A stretch of 64,000 nt of DNA from Lepidodermella squamata (lineage: Eukaryota > Animalia > Gastrotricha), in the NCBI GenBank assembly GCA_047495785.1, contig JBLDXI010000032.1:4402001-4466000 (forward strand), in the 5' to 3' direction. Below are positions 14,075-24,359 of the stretch, piece after piece (positions within the stretch are counted from its first letter, which is position 1; the number at the start of each line of letters is the position of its first letter). Below the pieces are notes generated by a model. The model ran no database searches, was not told the DNA's origin, and was given only the letters and a program-made list of their open reading frames with translations. A program made the translations under genes and the position numbers.

Positions 14075-14568
14075 GCTCGCATTTTCTAGTCAAAAATAAG
14101 CAATCAGCTCATCCGTGTTATGACGCATTTAACGTGCCTTCTGAGACTAGCTTTCTTATATAAATTATTGTGAAAAAAATAAAGCAGAAGAGTATAATTT
14201 ATTCTGTCTGGAACTTGATTTGGTGTTGATTTCGCGGCCTCATTTGGTTTTATTTTGGAATGTGTGATCCTATTCCGGTTTTGCGTTTTTGGTTGTGTTT
14301 TTGGTCGACTAGACCTAAAATCAACTGCGTCCCAAGGGGATATTTTTTTGGTGACTCGCGATGTGAGACGTTATGAGGCTGAAGGAATATATTTTCGATT
14401 TATTTTCAAGCGAAGCTGATCATTATGAAGCGTCCCAGGACTAACCTAGATTTCGAGGCTGTCTTCGCCCTCTATTCCCATCTGCCCCGCGTTTTTCTCC
14501 TTCTATTAACAGTGAATGAGTTTAAATTATTGTAGGCTATGCTAGCTTAATGCCGTTATCCACCTGGA

Positions 14569-15045
14569 TGTATTTTCAACTCTGCAATCTGTTGAGATGC
14601 TTTTCGGCTCTGCCGTTGGAAAATCAGCGCTCCCACCTGAATACGTATTATGTAACGCAGTGATGTAACGCTGGTTCAAGCTCGTGCATAGTTACAGTCA
14701 GCAATAATATTTGAAGATCTCACCTGGAAGATATCCTACCACGCTGGACAGTCCCTTAAATTATTATCAAATTGTATTGAAACTGAATTTCTGTACACCA
14801 GTTCCATTTGATCATTCCGTTCAGCTGGTCGCTTTATTCCATCTTATTACGCTAAATAACTCTTAAGTAAATACCTGCATTCTGTATCTGCCTTTCTGTA
14901 TTTTCAACTCTGCAATCTGTTGAGATGCTTTTCGGCTCTGCCGTTGGAAAATCAGCGCTCCCACCTGAATACGTATTATGTAACGCAGTGATGTAACGCT
15001 GGTTCAAGCTCGTGCATAGTTACAGTCAGCAATAATATTTGAAGA
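14569..15045. repeat. 149-bp direct repeat (14569-14717 and 14897-15045) between Cav3 copies 2 and 3
   Basis: Both copies read tgtattttcaactctgcaatc...aataatatttgaaga and appear identical by eye; 179-bp spacer. Confidence 0.9.
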
Positions 15046-15626
15046 CCTCTTCGACACTCCTAGTATAAATTCAGTAGCGGCTCGGTGGCTTGGACTTTGA
15101 ACAGCAATGAGACATCAAACAACAATTTTAAAAGTGAAATGTAGAATAACTCTCGTCTTCAGTTCTTCACCAGACGACGCATCGTGTTTCCTGGCTGTCT
15201 TGTTTTCTAATTTTGGCGTGGCTTCATAATTACTTCGCTCAATCTAATAAATCTCGGTCAAACTAGTATGCCTAATGCGTAAACGCTATCACCTGTTTGT
15301 ATTGGTGGCGAAAATAGATAACTGTCTTTTTCTCCCAATTTTCGCCGAAGAATGCCGAAGAATGTCAAAGAATGTCTGCGCATTCTTTCTCGTCATTACT
15401 GTGCACTTCCGCTCAAGTGCAGAAAATTCCTTCTTTTGCCGCTTTTAACGAAGCGAAAAATAGGAAGAATCACTCTTCACATGTCTGAAGTAGATGAAGC
15501 ACGTCCCCTTGGGGAAACAATGTGTTAAAAAATACAGTGCCATGTTACCGGCGCCCCACCGCTGGCGGTTGGGGGCGAGGACGGCTGAAGTAAATCACTG
15601 AATCTGGTTATACATGACTATACGGA

Positions 15627-18600
15627 ATGAACGGTGAAAGCGTGACGCCGCCGAAGCTGCAAGTTGCGGAGAAGTCATTTATTATACTAGGTATCGACAA
15701 TCCTATCCGACGTGTTGTCATCGCCGTCATCTCCTCGGCGTGGTTCGAACGCCTCTCCTTGGCTATGATAACTCTAAACTGCATTGCTCTTGGTCTTGTG
15801 GTAAGCAATTAAAGTTGATTTATTAAACGCTGATTTAAGCTAGTTCATCTCGTAGGACCCTTGCGATGAGAGATGCAAAGGGAAGCTTTGCACTTCTCTT
15901 CAGTACGTTGAGCACGTTCTGTTTTGTTTCTTCGCCGGTGAAATGCTGCTTAAAATGCTCGCCCTCGGTGTGTTTGGCAAAAACTCCTACCTCGCTGATA
16001 TCTGGAACCGTTTCGACTGCTTCATTGTTGTGATAGGGTGATATTGAAATTTGCTTGAATTCTTTTCAATAACCCTGCAAATTACTACCATTTCAGTGCA
16101 AGCGAATATTTATTTACCGACCAATACATAAATCTATCAGCCATCAGGGCGATTCGAGTCCTCCGGCCTCTTCGTGCGATAAATAGAATATCAAGTCTGT
16201 GACTTGCATGAAAAATTGCTTTAATTGTAATTTCAATTTCGATCACGTCAGGTCTGAGACTTCTTGTGACGTTGCTGCTGGACATAATGCCGATGTTGGG
16301 CAACGGTGAGCTTCAATTCAAAGCGACATAAAGAACGATTTTATTGATCTACGTTAATTTCTAGTTCTGATTTTCTGCTGTTTTCTGTTTTTCGTATTCG
16401 GCATCGTTGCCGTTCAATTGTGGGCTGGCCTCCTGCGGCAACGGTGCTTTTTTCCCGCTCATCTGACGAACGAATCTCTGATAGACAAGGTAACCCATTT
16501 GTCAAATTCCGAACACACTTTGAAATGGAGTGTTTCTTAGCCTCCTAGCTTCATGCCTGAATTTTATAAATCGCCGAACAGTGAATTTGTGTGTTCAACT
16601 GCGTTCGGCACGCTCAAATGTGATAACATCATGGAATACGAGTGAGCAATTTGATAACCTGATGGATTTCCTTGTAAATTTCCCCTTTTAGATCATCAAG
16701 CTCAATGTGCAGCCATTTATTCGGTAGCAATGTAACACAACTCGAAAAGTGCCTCCGCTGGGTGGCCAATTATACAGAATGCCGGCCTCATGGCCCTAAT
16801 CCTGGTTAGAAACGTGAACCCATGTAATGCCTTATTTGGGAATTGATACTTTCAGCTCGTGGCACGGTCAGCTTCGACAACATCGGATACGCCTGGATTG
16901 TCATCTTTCAAGTCATCTCCTTAGAAATGTGGTCTGATATCATGTATGTTGTGCAAGGTTAGTCTACTTCTGAAATTTGGAGGAGAATTGCCAAAATTTT
17001 TCTTTTAGACTCTTACTCCTATTGGGTGTGGATTTACTTCGTAATGCTGGTAATGGTAAGTTTGACATGAAAAATCTGTAAGTAATCGGATCTGACTTCT
17101 TTATTCGATCAGCTCGGCTCCTATCTTGCGGTTAATTTGTGCCTCGTTGTGATTGCAACACAATTTTCTGAAACTAAAGCTCGCGAGCGGGAAAATATGG
17201 TGAGAGTAATTCGAACACTGCAGGAAGTTTCTGTCATGAATCTATGTTTCAGCGAAAAGAAAGAATACAAAGAGCGAAAGCTGAAGGCATATCTATTAGT
17301 CAGATGTCGGCGTCAAACGCGAGCTCAAAGGGCCTTTATGGCCAAATCCTGTCGCTGATTAGCCATCTGCTCAGAGTGGCTTTCCGTCGAATTTTGGGCG
17401 AGCAGTTTTTACGTAAGCGAAGCAACAAAGTTGACGCCTTCTTCAGCAAAGAGGTCCAAGAAACCGACTGTCCTTACTGCCGCCACCGAGCCAGGGCGGC
17501 TGGTTTAACTCGTGAAGAAGCGTCAAAGCAATGCGTGGTTTGCGGTAAGAAGCCGAACGTGAGGCAGTATGATGACTCGATCTGCGGCAAATTGAAAGCA
17601 CTCGGTGACAAATTGAGCGATGGCAGAGGTAAAGTCAAGCAATGCCTTCAGCACGACGCAGCCATGGTTGCAACAATGGTCGCTATCACTGTAAATGCGA
17701 TCGTTATGGCTCTTGAACATCACGGCCAGGTGATTTATCATCAGGTGCCAATAACGAAATTCTGTAAAATTTTCATTTTCAGCCTCACGCTTTGACGGTT
17801 TTCATTGAAACGATGAACCTGATTTTCACGGTGATTTTCGTAGTTGAAATACTGCTCAAGTTTTACGCTTACGGTTTGGCCGAGTACTTTGCCGAGGCGT
17901 TCAATACCTTGGATGCAATTATAATTCTCATCAAGTAATTTTTCAACTACGGGTCGTATTTAGTAAATTTACTCATCGATTTTTTGAAGTTTGGCCGAAA
18001 TCTTCTCATCGCATGGTGGTTCGGGACTGGCTGTGTTGAGGCTGTTCCGCTTAGTCCGCCTGGTAAAAATAATTCGGTTCTTGCCAGCACTTCAAAAACA
18101 ACTCCTCGTTATGCTGCACACCGTGGATCACGTGGCGACTTTCTTCTTCCTGCTCAGCTTTTTCCTCTACATTTTCTCGCTACTTGGCATGTCGCTGTTC
18201 GGCTGCAAGTTCTGCGAGATGCTCGACGAGCAGGCAAGCGATGAACCCGGCGACCCGAATCAAACGACCCCGCCCTCTGCTGCCAAGTGCCGTCATCAAG
18301 TCGTCGAATGGCAGGAGTTGAATGAAACTATGGCTGAAATCAGCCGTTATGGCAAATTCGAGCATGACGCGAACGCTCCATTACTGCAGCGGTGTCCTCT
18401 GGCTACCTTCGACAGCCTGTTCGACTCGGTATTTACGGTTCTTCAAGTTTTCACGCAGGACAGCTGGGCGACAATCATGCATGACGGAATGCACTTCACC
18501 GGCGCCTGGGCATCGGTCTATTTCATTGTCCTAGTAACGATCGGTAACTACATCATCTTCAATTTGCTGATCGCAATTCTTGTTGAAGCATTCAGTTCGA

Positions 18601-21600
18601 AACACGTAATTTACTGTTCGCGACATTTTCTTGTTTTAGGATTTATTTTCGTAGGGCGAGGGCGATGATACGACGGATTTTGAAGATTTATTCGGAACTA
18701 ATTCCATGTTAACTCGGGATTCAAGCGGTTATTCTATCAATGTTGCACCAAAGCCCCCTGAAGTTGAGGTTTGATGGGATTAGCGCGCTTAAAATATCCT
18801 GAATAAACCTTGGGAGATTTCATTGCAGAAAGCTAAATTGAAGCGAATTGACCCGGTGGCGTTTTTCACTGCTATTAACCGATCGAAGCGATCACTGTTT
18901 ATTTTCCCTCCGAATGGCCGACTTCGGCGATTTCTTCGTCGCTTCCTGTCACATCGATATTACCACAAAGTTCTGCTTTTCGTCATCCTCGGCAGTTGTT
19001 TCCTGATTGTGCTCGAACGGCCAAGTATCGCGCCGAACAGCGTTGAGCGCCAACTCCTTACAATCGGCACGTACGCCTTCGGCCTAATTTTCGTTTTCGA
19101 AGCCATCGCAAAAATCGTCGCGTATGGCTTTATCCTAGATGAGAAAAGCTACCTTCGGAGCTGGTGGAACATTATGGACTTTGGCCTAGTCCTGCTCGCC
19201 GTCTCTGATATCATCTTAGATTTGCTACCCCAAGGTGACGGCGAGGGATTTGCGGCCTCGTTGCACGAAACACTACGAGTTCTTTCGCTATTACGAGCTT
19301 TCCGGCCTCTGCGAGTTATCAGTCGGGCGCAAGGCCTTCAAGTTGTTCTGAAAACTCTTATGATCTCCGTTAAGCCTATTGGAAATATTGGTATATTTCT
19401 AGGATTAAGCTTTAAACTAAGTTTTCAATTCATTATTTTTCGTTACAGTGCTTATCTGTTGCTTCTTTTTTGGCATTTTCTCAATTCTCGGGGTTCAACT
19501 GTTCAGCGGCTGCTTTTCGCGCTGCACAGTGCCTTCGAAGCAATTTTCAACCGGCAACTTCACCGATGTTTACAACGAAACGTATCTGACGTGGGCAAAT
19601 CTCGCTATCGACAACGTGCAAACGAAAGACGACTGTCTCGAACTCGGTTTCGTCTGGTACACGGAACGCTTCAATTTCGACAGCCTGCCTAATGCTCTAA
19701 TGGCGCTGTTCGTGTTTTCAACGCTCGACGGATGGGCGGCCATCACCCACAACGGCGTGGCTTGTGTTGGCATGGACAAGCAACCAATGTACGGCAACAA
19801 CCCATGGGCGTACCTGTATTTCATCGCATTCCTTCTTATAGTCTGCTTTTTCGTAAGAGATTCCTTTTTTCAAGTCAGCTGTTTGTTTTAATTACTTAAT
19901 TTAGACGCTCAACATGTTTGTCGGCGTTGTAGTAAACAACTTTCAAAAAGTTCAGAAGCAAATCGAAGCGAGGCGGCGTCGCAAGTTGCAGGAGATGCAG
20001 GCGGCTGTTCTGTTGCGTCGACTCAGCAACAAATTCCAGCAAATCGATCAAACTTTAACGACGGCAGACGATATCAATAGAACGCTATTCATGGCATCAG
20101 CTGGTTTGATCGGCCAAATGGGCCAGCGATTCGAAAACAACCAGCGTAAGTTTCAGCCAAAAATAAATGTTACCGTTGACAGGTGAAAAGTGGGGTTTGG
20201 CGAATTTTCTGTATTTACCAGATAATTGCAAAATGCGTGTTGACTGAAAGAAGGACGATTCTTGGATTCCAAGATGTTTTTACTCAGGTTTTCTTGAGGA
20301 TTTTCAAATTTTCAAATTGCAGACCTATAGGTGACAGGCTCAGATCCTTCTTGAAAGACGGGAAACCCCAAATGGTCCTTGAAAATTCTTATCAATATAG
20401 GTTTACGTAGAGACACTAGCTTGATTACACCAAAATTTGTGAATTTCTATCGAGATTCCTCACCTCATTTCGAATTTCGAATGCGCACAGGTGAGTATAA
20501 TTAAAATCTCAGTGTCAAAAATTTCGCTAAGTCCCACTTTTCACCTGTCACAGTCGTTTTTACTACATATTACTGACCTACTGATGATTTAATAGGTAAG
20601 GATAGCGCCAGATTCTGGCTCTACTACCCGAAGTGGCGTCTCTTCATCTTCAACATGTGTCAGAGCAAGGCGTTCGAGTTGACCGTTATTGCGGCCACAT
20701 GCCTGAGCGTGCTGATAATGGCTGCCGAGTTCTACATGATGCCACCTACTCTGCACCTCGTAATTAGCTGCTTCGGCTACTTTTTCCTCGGACTCGTTTT
20801 TCTCGAGCTCGGCATTAAAGTCATCGCATTCGGGCCCCGGCGTTACATTGCCGATCGTTGGAATCAGGTTGATACAATTATTGCCGTGATATCAGTAGTC
20901 AGCATCATATTCGACGAGATCGAGTTCAAGTCACTTCCGATTAACCCCGCCCTGGTTAGGGCGAGTCGTGTCTTTCGAATAGTTCGAGCTTTTAAACTCC
21001 TAAAATCAGCCTCCGGCATGTGGCATTTGATGCATACGATTGGTCAAGCTATCCCTCACGTTTTCCATCTATCGTTGCTGTTTTTCCTGCTATTTTTCGT
21101 CTACGCCTCGCTCGGTGTCCAGCTCTACGGAACTTTCTCGTGCACCTACGACTCGTGTTTCGGGCTGTCGAGACACGCGCATTTTCACAACTTCGGCATG
21201 GCCATGCTGACGCTGTTCCGCGTCTTCACCGGTGATAATTGGAATGAAATTTTGAAAGACGTGCTGTGGATTGCGAATGACCCATCCAAATGCCAAGCTG
21301 CGGCCACATCGATACCGTGCTCGGTCATATCGGTTGTATCACCTGCGTACTTCATCTCTTTTGTCCTCGTGACTCAATTGTTAGTTTTTTTAAGATCATT
21401 AACCATTAAAATTTAATTGATACTTTATTTCAGCGTCCTCATTAATATTGTTGTGGCGGCTCTTCTGAATCAGCTCGAACCCACCAAGGTCGATGATCAG
21501 GCTGTGATTGCGGCAGTTGAAGCTGAAGCCATTGAACGGGTCGAAATAGTTGAGGAAATTGTTGCTGAAAAGTACCGGCAGGAATTTGTAAGCCTAGCTA

Positions 21601-22312
21601 TTTTTTATCAATTTTTTTTATTTCACAATCATGTTTTTAGGACTCGAATCCGTCGATGCGCCGGCTAGACTTTGCCGAACTTGTCGGCATTGTTTCAACC
21701 GAGTACGTGTTGCACGAGCCTATTCACACCAATCGCTTCGGAGCTGTCAGGCCGAGTAGCTTGGCCATTATGTTCAACAGTGCGCCAGCTTTACTGAATG
21801 ACGCCGGAACTGAAAATCAATCCATTCGACAAAATGTCATCAATTACCTGGCCGTAAATTCGGACGTAGCTAACAATGGCGCAAAAAGCGCTGTCACACC
21901 TTCCATAGTTCATGACCCGGATAGCCCTGGTGCGTTGTCGGCCCGAAACAGGCCATCAGCCTCGAGAAATCGTAGCTCGGATGTCAGTGATGTTAGCATT
22001 ATAGATAACGGCCGGTTGAGAAAAGCGATAGGAACCCTGAACAACATGGCTAGGCAGCCTTCAAACATCGATCTGAACCACCTGTCAGTTGCCGGCCACG
22101 ATAGGTCGAATACAGCTGGCGGGTCCGCGGTTGTGTCGGCCTACGTCGATATGCGCCGTTCGCAGATTCTCACGCACCATTCGCCGTCTAATTTTTCGAT
22201 TGTCTCGTCGGCGATCAACTGGGACGTGCCGTCGCATTACTCGACTTCGCCTGCTTCGGCTATGACACGCTCCATTAATGAAGGAGCCAAAAGCCCGTCT
22301 GCGTCCCCATGA
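15627..22312 (+). CDS. Cav3: T-type (Cav3-like) voltage-gated channel alpha1 subunit, copy 3 (complete, filter EDDD; start codon uncertain)
   Basis: About 20 GT-AG exons, from 15627-15800 to the final exon 21641-22312. [18 protein letters not shown] is the Cav3 IS6/gating-brake signature. Pore loops SLEMW (E 16924), TQDSW (D 18459), TLDGW (D 19727), TGDNW (D 21234). AATAAA follows the stop. Confidence 0.92.
20177..20550. mobile_element. MITE-like insertion in an intron of Cav3 copy 3
   Basis: Terminal inverted repeats: tgacaggtgaaaagtggg (20177) and cccacttttcacctgtca (ends 20550), 18 bp perfect and extending imperfectly to about 30 bp. No coding capacity. It accounts for a 450-nt intron among ~50-nt introns. 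Confidence 0.7.
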
Positions 22313-22490
22313 TAATTGGAATTTATAATTTTTCAGAATTTTGAGCTGTTTAAAATAAAAGTGATCCTGTTTCACACATTTGAGGTGTTTTGGCGGTGTC
22401 TATTTTCGCCTTTCTAAGTGTCAAAAACAGGAGCTCGCGGCTGGGCTTTTAAAAGTTTAGCTGAAATCAGGCTATAGGGAATGCGAGGAA

Positions 22491-23207
22491 ATGGCTGCCA
22501 AGAGCAAAACACTAACCCCGTTCAAGAGCTCAGCTCTACGGCTAACCAGTGCCGGCCGCTGGTTCGAAGCACTTTTCGGCAATCACAGTAAAGCTAGTGA
22601 GCTGCCCGATCCAAGCAATCCTGCCGATATCATGAACCAGTCCGGCTATTATCACACTCTATTCACTTCTGTTCAAAAGATGGTACAATATTTCCCAATA
22701 TCATTTTTGCAGTTATATCTCCTGCTTTGGTGTGTTTAGGAACCAGCTGTGATTAACCCAACAAACGCGAGCGAAGCAACCCATTCCGACCAGTTTTTTA
22801 ACCTCTTCCAACCTGGATTTGATGTGGGTATTCTAAACTCGAAATTACAAGCTTTGCCGCTGACCAGCAGCGGCTGTGCTATATTGGACGATGATAGTGA
22901 TACGATTATGATGTCGCCTCTTTCGACTCCTTCTTCGAATAGCCCGCTGAGAATTCGTGGGTTGCGGACGTTGGACGGCGAGATCGATTGCAGTTGGCAA
23001 AGGCAGGCGCAATCGTCTCAGAGTTTAGTAGTCGATCGGCCTGCCAGTTGTCCGGTGGTTACCGAGAACCAACGTCTGTCGGCCGCTCGAGAGGATGACG
23101 AACGCCTTTGTGGCGACGACGACGACGTGTTCTGCGACGGATGTTACGACTGCGACTACGAAGAATTTCTGGAATTAGAGACGGCTACGATAATCCAAGG
23201 ACTGTAA
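22491..23207 (+). CDS. Orphan two-exon Ser/Pro/Asp-rich protein (~219 aa), function unknown
   Basis: ORF 22491-22682 joins 22740-23207 in phase 0 through a 57-nt GT-AG intron. No recognisable domain. Confidence 0.5.
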
Positions 23208-24359
23208 AACGTGTGAATAGAATGGATTGATATTTCAATATGTTTGCAATTAAGGTTATTGCAGGCTACAGATGATGACTATGCAGACATAAGTTACCGA
23301 TATAGCTATAAAATAAACAGGAAAATAACAACATGGGTACGAAAAACCAATTTTAGTGTAAGGTGTAGAAACCAATGCGATTTTATTTATTCTGAAGTTT
23401 TAGCAACGGATCAGAGCCGAGGAACGTACGTACGACTGTTCCAAGGGATGCGGTCTTGAGAACAGTGACAGTAAGTTTCCCAAATTGCCCAAACAGGAGT
23501 CTGACAGGAAACAAGATTCGTATAATATATTCAGCAGCAGCGCAAATTACTGCATAACTATGTTTACTGATAGTGACGGAATCAGGTGTGATGAATGGTC
23601 AATGGTCGCACCACTTCTGCTGTTTCTTTTCCAGGATAGACTGTTATTGGTGCGGAAAGTGAAAACCTGGATTCAACTCTTACTCAATTATTCTTACACA
23701 CAATTCCACCTCACATTCGAAATGTGATAGAAACGAGGAAAAACAATCAATTGTTATACTTAAAATTTTTATTATCGATATAATCAAACGATAAGAAAAT
23801 CAAAACAAGCTCCTAACCAAGAGAAGTCTTTGTTGATTGACAATCGACATTGATCCGCCTCGATATGTGAGAGATCGGCCCTGGTCAAAGAAGGCACACG
23901 CCAGTCGTGCTTTTCATTCGAACATTCCATGGCGGCGACCAGCATGCCCAGCTGCGACAGCTGGAGTAACTCGTATGTCTGAAGAAAGGCAAAGTCACCT
24001 GCTAAAAATAGGCTTTGTAGGTATTAAAAACCTTTTAAATATGGGTTTTCTTACTTGGTTGCGAGAGTTTCAAATGCTGCTTGAAACTGATCCGTGGTAG
24101 CTTGACTCGCAACGTGCTACGATGGTCAGCGTCTTACTGCGAAAAAGCACGCATGCCATGCGACATAGGCCGATCTTCAGTCGGAAATTCGGATGTATAC
24201 TGTGGCCAGGCGACGAAGCTGATGACACCAGCCTAAAAATGTAATTAGTAAATGTAAAATCCGTTTTCAGCCGAAGAAATTTCCAACTTGAGGTTTCCAG
24301 ATGAGCCCACTACTATATAATCCTTAACATTTAAATTTTTAAATTTTTTTTTTTATATT

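Noticed and set aside
14720-15400. Possible small minus-strand gene between channel copies 2 and 3
   Set aside because: Splice-like signals exist, but I could not assemble a consistent open frame.
1-22312. Reading the channel ORFs as many separate single-domain or bacterial-type channels, or as Nav/NALCN/CatSper
   Set aside because: The fragments join through canonical short introns into four-domain proteins with Cav3-specific motifs; no DEKA or EEKE filter is present.
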